Shown piece after piece: positions 9,150 through 18,896 of a stretch of DNA of 64,000 nucleotides; within the stretch, counting starts at the first letter, position 1; every line of letters starts with the position of its first letter. Source of the DNA: Candidatus Woesearchaeota archaeon. Its GTDB lineage: Archaea; Nanobdellota; Nanobdellia; Woesearchaeales; ARS49. A program made the translations under genes and the position numbers. Below the pieces are notes generated by a model, which saw only the letters and a list, made by a program, of their open reading frames with translations, had not been told where the DNA came from and did no database searches. The stretch is from the NCBI GenBank assembly GCA_016188265.1, contig JACPID010000003.1:1-64000 (forward strand). Reading direction: 5' to 3'.

Positions 9150-9387
9150 ATATAAAATTAATTTTAACTCGAGTTTTGGCGAACTCGGTTAAAAAGTTTT
9201 TGGCAATTATGTTTTGGCGAACTTCTTAATGTTACTTAGTTAACATAATCTTCAATTGTATTCAAGCTTTATTGGCGATAAAGCAATGAAACACTGAATT
9301 CTAAATAAATAATAGTATAACTTCCATATAAATTTTTCCATACTGGAAAAGTTGTTTTGGAATATACAGAATAAGGGGGAAATAAAA
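9150..9387 (+). promoter_or_regulatory. Long structured ftsZ leader with repeated TTGGCG hairpin loops
   Basis: TATA TTTATATA 9122-9129; TTGGC(G/A) at 9176, 9200, 9214 and 9272; SD-like AAGGGGG before ATG 9388. Confidence 0.55.
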
Positions 9388-10458
9388 ATGGACCTATTGG
9401 TAGAAAAAGCAAAAGAACAACAATTCTCTACAGAAGACTTAAGTGTAGGGAATGCAAAAATTCGTGTAATCGGCACAGGGGGCGCTGGAAGCAACATGGT
9501 GAATTGGCTCTACAAAAAAGGGCTAAGAGGAGCTGAAATTCTTGCATGCAACACAGACGCTCAACACTTGAAAATTACAGAAGCAGATAAAAAACTACTT
9601 ATTGGACGCGGAGTAACAAGAGGGCTTGGATGCGGAGGATTTCCACAAAAAGGTTCTGAAGCTGCAAATGAAAGTTTAGGAGAACTAAAAACACTACTTA
9701 AAGACTCTGATCTAGTTTTTGTATGTGCTGGAATGGGAGGCGGAACAGGAACAGGAAGCGCTCCAGTCATTGCACAAGCAGCAAGAGAAACAAATGCAAT
9801 TGTTATTGGAGTTGTAACAATGCCTTTTGATATTGAAAGAGCACGCGTTGATAAAGCAGAATTTGGATTACAGCAATTAAGAAAAAACTCAGACACAACA
9901 ATAGTAATTGACAATAACAGGCTTGTACAAATTGCAGGAAACTTACCTGTAGGCCAAGCATTTGCAGTAGCAAATGAATTAGTTGCATCAATGATCAAAG
10001 GAATAGTTGAAACAATCGCCCTTCCAAGCTTAGTAAATCTTGACTATGCAGATGTTCGCGCAATAATGAAAAATGGCGGCGTTGCAGCAATAGGAGTAGG
10101 AAGTTCAGACACCAATAATAGAGTTGAAGAAGCAGTCAAAGGTGCACTGAAAAATCCACTTCTTGATGTAGACTATACTGGTGCAACAGGAGCTTTGATT
10201 CATGTATGGGGAGGACCTGACATGACTCTTGAAGAAATAAGCCGTGTTGGCGAACTTGTAACAGAAAATCTAGACCCAGACGCAAACGTTATCTGGGGAG
10301 CAAGAGTAACTGATGACATGAAGGGAAAAATGATGGTGATGACAATAGTAACAGGAGTATCATCTCCGTGGTTACTTGGAAATCCGAACAGTAAAAGCCA
10401 ATTCAAAGAACAAGAAAAAGTATATAATGAAGAGCTCGGAATTGAGCTTCTAAATTAA
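9388..10458 (+). CDS. ftsZ: Cell division protein FtsZ
   Basis: GTGGAGSN, GMGGGTGTG tubulin signature, NLDYAD; ATG 9388 follows an SD-like sequence. Confidence 0.98.
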   Translation: MDLLVEKAKEQQFSTEDLSVGNAKIRVIGTGGAGSNMVNWLYKKGLRGAEILACNTDAQHLKITEADKKLLIGRGVTRGLGCGGFPQKGSEAANESLGELKTLLKDSDLVFVCAGMGGGTGTGSAPVIAQAARETNAIVIGVVTMPFDIERARVDKAEFGLQQLRKNSDTTIVIDNNRLVQIAGNLPVGQAFAVANELVASMIKGIVETIALPSLVNLDYADVRAIMKNGGVAAIGVGSSDTNNRVEEAVKGALKNPLLDVDYTGATGALIHVWGGPDMTLEEISRVGELVTENLDPDANVIWGARVTDDMKGKMMVMTIVTGVSSPWLLGNPNSKSQFKEQEKVYNEELGIELLN

Positions 10459-10540
10459 TTACACTCACCCCCTTGGTCTTTGGTGTGGTGTATTCTTTGC
10501 CTTCAATCCACCCCAAACCTAAGAAGGCAAACCCTGCTAG

Positions 10541-10569
10541 CCCCTCAGTCAACTGAGGGGTTTTTTTTT
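10541..10569 (+). terminator. Hairpin plus T-tract terminator after ftsZ
   Basis: CCCCTCAGT-CA-ACTGAGGGG followed by T9. Confidence 0.8.
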
Positions 10570-10579
10570 ATTACAAAAA

Positions 10580-11023
10580 ATGATATTAGAACAATCTGAA
10601 GTTTTTTTAAGGCTGATAGTAAGTTTAATGCTGTCACTTTTAATAGGCCTGGAAAGAGAAGTCAGAGCACAATCTGCAGGATTGAGAACTCATGTTCTTG
10701 TTTGTTTAGGATCAACATTGTTTACTCTAACAAGTGTTTTGCTTTTTGATCCTAATGTAACAGGAGCTGATTACACTAGAATAGCTGCACAGGTAGTTGT
10801 AGGCATTGGATTTATTGGAGGAGGTGTAATCTTCAAGTCTAATGGACAAGTTAAAGGTTTGACTACTGCTTCAACATTATGGGTAAGCGCAGCATTAGGC
10901 TTAGCTGTAGGATTTGGATTTTTTGCAATGGCAGTGTTTTCAACAGTGCTTATTCTTATAGTTATTTTATTAGGCAGGTGGTTTGAAGCAAAGCTTTTAG
11001 GCACTAAATTAAAAAAGAAGTAA
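10580..11023 (+). CDS. MgtC/SapB family membrane protein
   Basis: IGLERE...AGLRTH, RIAAQVVVGIGFIGGG, GLTTASTLW. Confidence 0.93.
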   Translation: MILEQSEVFLRLIVSLMLSLLIGLEREVRAQSAGLRTHVLVCLGSTLFTLTSVLLFDPNVTGADYTRIAAQVVVGIGFIGGGVIFKSNGQVKGLTTASTLWVSAALGLAVGFGFFAMAVFSTVLILIVILLGRWFEAKLLGTKLKKK

Positions 11024-11918
11024 TTCTATTTTCAGGGAATTTATATGTTGCAATATGATGTGCAAGTATTGCTAAAGTGATCTTGCCAATACCGTTTTTT
11101 GGCAATGCGGCTATTTGTACTTTATTATAAACTTCAGGATGAATATCACCATAAACTTTGCCGTCTATAAATTTAGTTCCAACATCAATAACAAAGGCTT
11201 TTTCTGAAACAATATCAGGAGTAAGAATATAACCCTTTTCAAAAGTGTATGCTCCAGCACAACTAATAATAATTTCTGCTTGCCGGCAAGCTTGTTCTTT
11301 TTCTTCAAAAGAAGTTTTTGAATTAATCCAGTCAAGAGACGCTCCTTTTCTTATCAAGTATTGACCCAGAGGCAAGCCTACACTGCCTCTGCCAATTAAA
11401 ACAAGTTTTAATCCTTCAATAGATTCATAAAAAAAATGAAGTAAAAGCATAACTGATTCTACAGTTGGATGAGTATATTTACAATCTCCATTAATAATTG
11501 AAGCTTGATTATAGTAAGTTATTCCTTCAACATCTTTATCAGGAGAAATTGTTTTTTTAATTTCAGGCCATGGAAAATCAGCTTTTGTTGGCTGCTCTAT
11601 TAAAATTCCTGAAACCTCATTACTTTCATCCCAGTGTTTTACAAAGCTCTCTAAACTTTTATTTGGAAAATTACATGAATACCACAATTCCTTTGCATTA
11701 ACTTGTCTGATTGTTTTTTCTCTTGAATTTCTATATGATTTAATATTAGAATTATTTACTATAACCATAACTCTGGAATACTCTGGATTTAGAGATCTGG
11801 CATGGTCTAAAATCACTCTTGCAAAAGCAGTGCCATTAATTGCATTAGGAAAAATTAATTTATTGTATTTTATTGGAAAAATTGGAAATTTTACGTTTAC
11901 AATAATTTCTTCAAGCAT
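11004..11918 (-). CDS. folD: Divergent FolD-like methylenetetrahydrofolate dehydrogenase/cyclohydrolase
   Basis: ISPDKDVEG, IGRGSVGLP, VIDVG, GDI and GIGKIT motifs; several catalytic motifs degenerate. Confidence 0.75.
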   Translation of the reverse strand: MLEEIIVNVKFPIFPIKYNKLIFPNAINGTAFARVILDHARSLNPEYSRVMVIVNNSNIKSYRNSREKTIRQVNAKELWYSCNFPNKSLESFVKHWDESNEVSGILIEQPTKADFPWPEIKKTISPDKDVEGITYYNQASIINGDCKYTHPTVESVMLLLHFFYESIEGLKLVLIGRGSVGLPLGQYLIRKGASLDWINSKTSFEEKEQACRQAEIIISCAGAYTFEKGYILTPDIVSEKAFVIDVGTKFIDGKVYGDIHPEVYNKVQIAALPKNGIGKITLAILAHHIATYKFPENRITSFLI

Positions 11919-11960
11919 TTATAGTTAATTTCTTGCTAACTTAAAAAAGTTTGTCAATAA

Positions 11961-12038
11961 CGAAAACTTGCGGCAAGTTTTCGGGATCCAAAATCTCGCA
12001 CTAAAGTGCAGGATTTTAGACAATGCGAGATTTTGGAT
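11961..12038. repeat. Intergenic tandem palindromes (REP-like)
   Basis: CGAAAACTTG/CAAGTTTTCG (10 bp) and ATCCAAAATCTCGCA/TGCGAGATTTTGGAT (15 bp). Confidence 0.75.
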
Positions 12039-12082
12039 AATCAAATTTAACACTTATAAATCTTTTTCACATAATAACTATT

Positions 12083-12862
12083 ATGCTGACACTCATTGGA
12101 CTGGGATTACATGATGAAAATGATATTACTTTACGCGGACTTGAAATAATTTGTAAAGCAGATATTATTTATTTAGAAAAATATACTTCAAAATTTGAAG
12201 CTACCCAAAAAAAACTCGAAGATCTTTATAAGAAACAGATTCAGCTTGTAAAAAGAGAATTTGTTGAACAAGAAGATACTATCTTATCAGAGGCTAAAAC
12301 AAAAAATGTTGTTTTATTAATTATTGGAGATCCGTTGAGCGCAACAACTCATTTTGAACTTTATTTACGCGCTAAAAAAGAAAAAATTCCTGTCAAAATC
12401 GTGCATAATGCATCTATATTAACTGCAATAGCAATTACAGGGCTTCAATTATACAAATTTGGCAAAATAGCAAGTATTCCTTTTGCTGATGAAAAATACA
12501 GTCCAGAAACTTATTATGATCTTTTAAAAGATAATAAAAGCATTGGCGCTCATACGCTATTTTTACTTGACGTGAAAAATGAAGAAGCTGAATATATGAG
12601 TGCAAAAGATGCAATAAAACAATTACTTTCAATTGAAGAAAAAAGAAAAAAAGGACTTTTTAAAGAAGATACATTATGTATTGTTCTTGAACGCGCAGGA
12701 AGCAATGATTGCACAGTTATATCTGCAACTGCAAAAGATTTTCTTAATCATGAATTTGGAGCGCAACCGCATGTTTTAATTGTTCCTGGAGAACTGCATT
12801 TCTTGGAAGAAGAAGCAATTACTTTATACAAGCTCCAAGAGAACAGCTATTTTCACAAATAA
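12083..12862 (+). CDS. dph5: Diphthine synthase
   Basis: LIGLGL, LEKYTS, GDPLSATTH, GLQLYKFG, HTLFLLD. Confidence 0.96.
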   Translation: MLTLIGLGLHDENDITLRGLEIICKADIIYLEKYTSKFEATQKKLEDLYKKQIQLVKREFVEQEDTILSEAKTKNVVLLIIGDPLSATTHFELYLRAKKEKIPVKIVHNASILTAIAITGLQLYKFGKIASIPFADEKYSPETYYDLLKDNKSIGAHTLFLLDVKNEEAEYMSAKDAIKQLLSIEEKRKKGLFKEDTLCIVLERAGSNDCTVISATAKDFLNHEFGAQPHVLIVPGELHFLEEEAITLYKLQENSYFHK

Positions 12863-13133
12863 CTTGTGTATGTTTTAAATATCCTTTTTCACAATAGTAT
12901 TCTGTTAAAAACAAACCTTCACATAAATCAACAACTGACTGTTCATCAGCCCCTTGTTTATAAGTTACAACACCTCTAACACCTGGATTAAACCCTTCAT
13001 CAGAATCATGACATTCAACAACTAAACCTGAAGGTTCTTCTTGTACAACCGATCCTGTAATAGTATTGCCAGAAGTACTAACACAGCCAGAAAGTAAAAT
13101 TAAAACTAATAACATTACACTCTTTTTCATCAA
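12819..13133 (-). CDS. Small Cys-rich lipoprotein
   Basis: Lipobox LLSGC; CHDSDEG...C...EYYC...C...CSLGAC domain. Confidence 0.75.
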   Translation of the reverse strand: MMKKSVMLLVLILLSGCVSTSGNTITGSVVQEEPSGLVVECHDSDEGFNPGVRGVVTYKQGADEQSVVDLCEGLFLTEYYCEKGYLKHTQVICENSCSLGACIK

Positions 13134-13238
13134 ACAATATTAAAGAGAATAAGTATTTATAGATTTCTATTTTATTCCCAAAATAGTCTCATTCCTAGGG
13201 TTTTATAGACGATACATAAACCTAGGACTGTCTCAGTC

Positions 13239-13433
13239 TCAGCTTTCTATGCCTAAGATTTCTCGTTTAAGTGTTTGAAATACTTCACGAATGTCTTTGT
13301 AATCAAAGCGTCTTTTGCATCGTGGACATGATTTTGGACTTTCCACTCTTGGAAACCAGCCATATGTACAATACTCACATGAATGCTGTGATATTTTTGA
13401 GTTTTGACTGTCTTCTTTTATTTCTACTTTCAT
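13239..13433 (-). CDS. Small zinc-ribbon protein
   Basis: CEYCTYGWFPRVESPKSCPRCK; SD GGAGG and a TATA box upstream. Confidence 0.7.
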   Translation of the reverse strand: MKVEIKEDSQNSKISQHSCEYCTYGWFPRVESPKSCPRCKRRFDYKDIREVFQTLKREILGIES

Positions 13434-13660
13434 ATCATTAACCCTCCAAATATTACTTTATTATGATAATATAATCAAAAGAGTTTATAAATCTTTTGAT
13501 TTTGTAACTATTGTCAAGTAGTTATTTTCTATTATTTATTTCATTTTTGCTGTGTTGCATAATTATTTTTTGAGTTTATAAGTTATGACTAAAAAAGTAT
13601 ACTGACTTTGATTTTTAGCGTCGAAGAACTTTGTAAATTTGTTCAGACGAAGTGTAGTAC

Positions 13661-13890
13661 CTAACTCATAGAATTATGTGTATTTTTTGATGCCAAAATA
13701 TCTATTAATGCCCTCTGATGTTCATTTGGTCGCGTAATTTTAATGTGTATCTTATCTGATTTCGGCATCTTAAACAAAGCCAATTTTATTTTTTGGATCT
13801 GGGAGATAACCTCTTCTTGGCTTAAATTAATTTTCTTTGCTTGTTTCACAAGCAATCTTAGAAATAGTAGAGCCATAACACAAGTTATCA
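13661..13890 (-). pseudogene. C-terminal remnant of a DDE transposase (IS1634/IS4-like)
   Basis: In-frame upstream codons give TCVMALLFLRLL...SQEEVISQIQKIK...EHQRALIDIL, resembling IS1634-type C-termini; no N-terminal part. Confidence 0.55.
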
Positions 13891-13912
13891 GTGAATAAAA
13901 TGTTTTTTCTGA

Positions 13913-14131
13913 CTATTTATGAAGGCATGAACTTAAAAAACTAAGAAATTGTGACGGATAATAAGCAGGGTTGAACGTAGGCCTGCCATTTTCAATTCGT
14001 TCTCGCTCAGCTGATAAATCATACGCTCTCCCGATTTCTGGTGATATGGCACGCAATCTTCTCAGATAAGCGCGGTGAGCAGCATCAACATCTTCTCTTG
14101 GCAGAGCCATTGGTCTTTTAGGCCCCCCCAT
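13913..14131 (-). CDS. Small hypothetical protein (GC-elevated islet)
   Basis: 72-aa ORF overlapping the upstream ORF; atypical composition. Confidence 0.45.
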   Translation of the reverse strand: MGGPKRPMALPREDVDAAHRAYLRRLRAISPEIGRAYDLSAERERIENGRPTFNPAYYPSQFLSFLSSCLHK

Positions 14132-14321
14132 ACGACTGACCTACTGGTACAACAACATAATCGCGACCTGTTTGTTCTCTTAATTCTTGAAGTTGACGTT
14201 CAAGTACTGATATGCTATCTAACTTAAAAGGAGTAAATAAACTGCTATCTAATTCTATTCCCTGTTCAATTATCCGGGCGTGTTGTGCCCTACACATTTC
14301 TGGTGCGGTTTTTGTCATCAT
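14118..14321 (-). CDS. Small hypothetical protein (GC-elevated islet)
   Basis: 67-aa ORF with TATA-like TTTAAATA ~25 nt upstream. Confidence 0.5.
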   Translation of the reverse strand: MMTKTAPEMCRAQHARIIEQGIELDSSLFTPFKLDSISVLERQLQELREQTGRDYVVVPVGQSYGGA

Positions 14322-14355
14322 GTCTTTATACGTGTTCTAACTATTTAAATGTTAT

Positions 14356-14592
14356 CTAGCGTAATCTTTCCCAGTCAATCTTATTGATCCAATCCGCCAA
14401 TACATTATTGACAGCAGTATATTCCACTGTATTCGGCACCCTTGCATTATCTAAGTATGCTCGGAATGTAGGATATTTGAGACCAGTCTCTGGATCTACG
14501 ATATCTCCATCCCATTTTCTATCAATAAGTAAATTTACATCTGCACCAAAGCCTTTGAGAGAAACTCTCTTCACTCGTTGATATCCGGGCAA
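14356..14592 (-). CDS. Hypothetical protein or gene fragment (GC-elevated islet)
   Basis: 78-aa ORF with non-ATG start; frame may extend upstream. Confidence 0.4.
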   Translation of the reverse strand: MPGYQRVKRVSLKGFGADVNLLIDRKWDGDIVDPETGLKYPTFRAYLDNARVPNTVEYTAVNNVLADWINKIDWERLR

Positions 14593-14815
14593 ACGTACTT
14601 GTTCATCGCTGTCTACACTAACAAAAGGAACTTCCCACGCATCGATTATTCTGTGTTTTCTATTATTTTTTGTTTACTGAAAAAATAAAAGAAATTCAGA
14701 AATTAAAGAAAATAACAAAATAAAATCAAGAAATACAAAATATTTTCTAAGTTGTAGCGCAGGTTTACAAAAAAATAATACTAACTATTTTGAAAAACAT
14801 AATTAAGCTTTCTAA

Positions 14816-15997
14816 ATGTTCTGGACAAGCTTAGGAGCATTAAGTGCAGGAATCTTAACAGGAATAATTGCTGGATTAATACCTGGATTGCATACTAACA
14901 TTCTTGTTCCTATTTTTATAGGATTATTTTATTCTGCACAAAATGAATTATTATTTTTATTTTTCCTATCATTAGGCATTGCTCAAACAATAACAGATGC
15001 AATACCATCAGTATTTTTAGGAGCGCCAGATCCTGATCTAGTTATAGGAGTATTACCAAGCCACGAACTTTACCTAAGGGGCATGGGTTATGAAGCTATA
15101 AGATTACTTACAATAGGATCTTTTTTTGCGCTTTTATTAAGCATTATATTATCGCCTTTGCTTTTTTTTATTTTAGAAAGTTTATTCACACTTGTTAAGC
15201 CAGTTCTTGTATGGATTCTGATTTTACTTGTATTTTTTATTTTATTTAAAGAATACTCTATCTGGAAATTAATTATTTTTGCCCTGACTGGAATTTTAGG
15301 AGTTATTGTTTTAAATTCAAATATTGAACAGCCATTAATTCCATTGCTTAGCGGATTATTTGGAGCCAGCGGATTAATAATATCATTAAAGCAAAAACAA
15401 ACAAGCGCTTCTCAATTTATAACACAATTTTTTAAGTTTAATAAAAAAGAGTATTTCCTAAGTATAGCTGGAAGTGTTTGCTCAGCATCTGTTATGAATT
15501 TATTTCCAGGACTTGGACCAAGCCAAGCAACTTCACTTATGCAGCCTTTATTTGCAAAAAAACACCCTTACATAACTCTATTATTTGTAGGCGGGGTAAA
15601 TACTGCAGACTTTGTAATATCCCTTGTAATGTTTTACATATTGGGAAAAACAAGAAATGGAACATTAGCATTACTAAAAACAATACATCCTGTTATTTCA
15701 ATTAAAGAATATATTTTTGCATGTTTGGTGTTATTAATCAGCGGAAGCATTACTGTGATGATAACATTAGCAATTGCAAGAATATGGATAAAAACATACA
15801 AAAAGATCCCTCAAAAAACTATAACAATAACAGTTCTGCTGTTTACAATATTATTAACACTATTTTTCTCAGGCTATCAAGGGCTTATTGTATTAATAAT
15901 TGCTACATTAATAGGAATTATTGCTCCACTTACAAATACTCCTAGAAGCATTTCAATGGGAGTGTTATTAGTACCTACAATAATGCATTATTTGTGA
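14816..15997 (+). CDS. TctA-like tripartite tricarboxylate transporter permease (archaeal type)
   Basis: GLIPGLHTN, IPSVFLGAPD, LPSH and FPGLGPSQA repeated motifs; polytopic. Confidence 0.88.
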   Translation: MFWTSLGALSAGILTGIIAGLIPGLHTNILVPIFIGLFYSAQNELLFLFFLSLGIAQTITDAIPSVFLGAPDPDLVIGVLPSHELYLRGMGYEAIRLLTIGSFFALLLSIILSPLLFFILESLFTLVKPVLVWILILLVFFILFKEYSIWKLIIFALTGILGVIVLNSNIEQPLIPLLSGLFGASGLIISLKQKQTSASQFITQFFKFNKKEYFLSIAGSVCSASVMNLFPGLGPSQATSLMQPLFAKKHPYITLLFVGGVNTADFVISLVMFYILGKTRNGTLALLKTIHPVISIKEYIFACLVLLISGSITVMITLAIARIWIKTYKKIPQKTITITVLLFTILLTLFFSGYQGLIVLIIATLIGIIAPLTNTPRSISMGVLLVPTIMHYL

Positions 15998-16033
15998 GAA
16001 AGTTTTAAAAAGCCCCCATTATTCTCTAAAAAC

Positions 16034-16294
16034 ATGGCAGTTATTAGTCATTTCAGGGGCAGTTTCCGCAGAAAAAAAGGAAACCATATGGTAATTCATG
16101 TTGAAAGTATTAGTTCTCGTGAAAAAGCTTCAGTTTTAGTTGGAAAAACAGTTGTGTGGACAACACCTGGAAAAAACAAAAAACAGATAAAAGGAAAAAT
16201 AGCATCTGCTCATGGCAATAAAGGAGCTGTTCGCGTTATATTTGAAAAAGGAATGCCAGGACAATCTTTAGGAACTGAAGTTAAAATAGAATAA
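16034..16294 (+). CDS. rpl35ae: 50S ribosomal protein L35Ae
   Basis: GKIASAHGNKGAVRVIFEKGMPGQSLG. Confidence 0.93.
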   Translation: MAVISHFRGSFRRKKGNHMVIHVESISSREKASVLVGKTVVWTTPGKNKKQIKGKIASAHGNKGAVRVIFEKGMPGQSLGTEVKIE

Positions 16295-16296
16295 AA

Positions 16297-16740
16297 TTAT
16301 CTTCTCATCCATTCAGGAGCTAAATTCTTAATCACATTATCCCAAAGTAATGGGGCTGTAACAATTAAACCACTTATAAAAAAACTGTGAAACCATGTTT
16401 CTTTTAAACCAACAGCGCCGCCACCACCTCTAATTGCAGCGCTTACACCATGGATTTTTATCAGTGCAATAAAACCTATAGCTGCGCGAAGAACCCATTC
16501 ATTATTAATATAAGCAATTTTTTCAAGATCAGGAATAACAGAATAAAGCCAGCCTGTATTCATTGTACAAAATACTGCAATAATGGCAAATACAATTGCG
16601 TGAATCATGTGGCCAAAACGATGAGTTGGAACAGAAACATCACGATGAAGAAGAATAGCTTCATAAATACCAATTGCTAAACCCATAACCAGTGAAGGCA
16701 TAATCAATAATGGTTGAACTTCAACAGCCAATAATATCAC
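16297..16740 (-). CDS. Hypothetical membrane protein
   Basis: Four hydrophobic segments; SD-like GAGGTG around the start. Confidence 0.7.
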   Translation of the reverse strand: MILLAVEVQPLLIMPSLVMGLAIGIYEAILLHRDVSVPTHRFGHMIHAIVFAIIAVFCTMNTGWLYSVIPDLEKIAYINNEWVLRAAIGFIALIKIHGVSAAIRGGGGAVGLKETWFHSFFISGLIVTAPLLWDNVIKNLAPEWMRR

Positions 16741-16841
16741 CTCTTAATATTGGTTATAAATAAAAGAAGTATATAAATTTAGCTAGAAATATTTAAATAA
16801 ACTAACATAACAATTAATTCTGAAAAAAAGGCATTATAAAA

Positions 16842-18863
16842 ATGGTAAATCTAGAATATTTTAATTTAATTCAAATTTATGAACAAATTTCATGGTTATG
16901 GGATGTTTTTATTCTGGGATTTTTATTAAGCGAGCTTTTTAGTGTGAGCAATGAAAAAATACACTTATCACGAAATAATAGAATGCCCTATATTCTTGGT
17001 TTTTTTATATCAACAGGAACAGTATACTGGCTGCAAAAACAAGGATTAACATTATTTTCATTAATTCCACAAATATTAATCCCACTCATACTCTTAGGCG
17101 GTGTTTTACTTTGGCATAGTCTTCATTCACGCTTTGGGCAAAAAAACAAGTACATACCTATAATTCTTGCAGTTTTCACAACAATTTTTCTTTTAGGGCT
17201 TCTTGCCCCATTACTAGATTTTTTTCCAATATTAGAACCATTAATTTCATTAATATTTTTTATAGCTCATATTGCTTTGTTAGTGCTTGTTTTCTGGGCT
17301 GTTGGATCTTTAGTTCATGCTTTATGGACTGGAGGCAGATCAAAACATGTACAACAGCATTATGAAAACGATTTATCAACTCTTGAAAAAAGGCTTTCAG
17401 AAGGATTTGAACAAACAAAAGAGTATATTTCTCAACAATTAGAACCAATCAAACTAGCAATTAAAGATTTGCATAATATTGTTAACAGCATACTTGATTT
17501 TGTAAAAGGAATTGTTGATCAATTAAAAAATGTAGAAGAACACCAAAACAATATTTTAGAACACCTGCAGACTGTTGCTAAAGATGTTAATAAAACTGGA
17601 GAATTATCACTAAGTCTTGCATCAGATGTTGGTGCAATGAGAACAAATTATGATGAACTAAGTTCATGGCTGAAAGATCATACAGGTTTAGTGATTGAAA
17701 AACTCGATAGTTTTCAAGAAAACATCCAGGAAATTAATACAAGATCAAAACAACTTCATGAAGAACAAATAGAATTATTATCTGAATTCAAGGGTTTAGA
17801 TAAAAAATTAGCAAAAAAAGAAGAACAATTAACTGATTTTATTCAAAATGCATCAACAAAAGCACATCTAGATACATTAAAAGAAGATATTAAATCACAT
17901 TTTGAAACATTAAATGCAAATATTGATGCATTAAAAACAGCAGAAAAAGAAACACAAACAAAAATCGAAGTATTGCAAAAAAGAAATATCAGCGTACGCA
18001 AAGATATGATTAAACGTGTTGTTGAAGAAACAATGCAAAAAATGAAAACAGCAAGCGAATCATTAGAACATGTTCAAAGAAGCGGAGGACAGGAAAAAGA
18101 ACAGGCATTGATTGTTATTAGACAAGCACAAGGCAGTATTTTAAATCTTCAGCAAGGAATTACTAGTTTAGGAAGTACACTTCAAGAAGTTGGAACTGAT
18201 CTTCAAACAACATACAGAACTAATGAAGATGTCAACCATGGTTTAAATAGCATGGCAAAAATAATGGAAGAAATTAAGATTTTGTTAGAAAAAATCAATA
18301 AAAAAACAGATCAGTACTACCAAGATTATAAAAAAGCAGATGAAATAGAAAAAGCAACAAGTGCAGAAGCAAGCAAAGCAGTTAAAAATGTTTTGCAGGA
18401 TCTTAAGATTGAAAAAGAGCTTTTAACATCAGTTACTCCAGCGCACAAAATAATTGCAAGTTTATACAATAATTTAAACAAAAGCAAAAATCAAAAAGAA
18501 GAAACATTAAAAGCAATTGATGACTTAAAATCATTAGTAAAACACATACAACCTGAAAGAACTTTAACACTTCCTGTAATTAAAAATCCAAATGATAAAA
18601 AAATATTATCTAAAAATAAAAAAGCAGATTTAGTGATTAATAGTATTGAAGCATACAAAGCAGAAAAAACAGAATATTTTAAACAATTAACAAATAAAAT
18701 AAATGAGGTTATTGCAGGATTAGAAGCTTTCTTAAAGCAAAGCCCTGTAAAGTGGAAGCAAGAAGTAATGCCTTACATTAGCCCATACATGCAAACATTT
18801 TATCAAATTAATAAATTTCAAGAAAATGTCCAAGATTTAATCAATATGCTTAGAGCCCTCTAA
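16842..18863 (+). CDS. Polytopic membrane protein with ~500-aa coiled-coil tail
   Basis: About five TM helices in the first 165 aa, then heptad-rich helical sequence. Confidence 0.8.
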   Translation: MVNLEYFNLIQIYEQISWLWDVFILGFLLSELFSVSNEKIHLSRNNRMPYILGFFISTGTVYWLQKQGLTLFSLIPQILIPLILLGGVLLWHSLHSRFGQKNKYIPIILAVFTTIFLLGLLAPLLDFFPILEPLISLIFFIAHIALLVLVFWAVGSLVHALWTGGRSKHVQQHYENDLSTLEKRLSEGFEQTKEYISQQLEPIKLAIKDLHNIVNSILDFVKGIVDQLKNVEEHQNNILEHLQTVAKDVNKTGELSLSLASDVGAMRTNYDELSSWLKDHTGLVIEKLDSFQENIQEINTRSKQLHEEQIELLSEFKGLDKKLAKKEEQLTDFIQNASTKAHLDTLKEDIKSHFETLNANIDALKTAEKETQTKIEVLQKRNISVRKDMIKRVVEETMQKMKTASESLEHVQRSGGQEKEQALIVIRQAQGSILNLQQGITSLGSTLQEVGTDLQTTYRTNEDVNHGLNSMAKIMEEIKILLEKINKKTDQYYQDYKKADEIEKATSAEASKAVKNVLQDLKIEKELLTSVTPAHKIIASLYNNLNKSKNQKEETLKAIDDLKSLVKHIQPERTLTLPVIKNPNDKKILSKNKKADLVINSIEAYKAEKTEYFKQLTNKINEVIAGLEAFLKQSPVKWKQEVMPYISPYMQTFYQINKFQENVQDLINMLRAL

Positions 18864-18896
18864 AACTTTTTAAACTAATTCTATTTAAGCTATAGC

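Noticed and set aside
9561..10406. Antisense ORFs in ftsZ, and similar shadows in gatAB, aspS, gatE and cdc48
   Set aside because: Shadow frames of well-supported genes with no independent motifs
13173..14760. Intact provirus, DGR or retron
   Set aside because: No integrase, capsid, packaging ATPase or reverse transcriptase anywhere in the window
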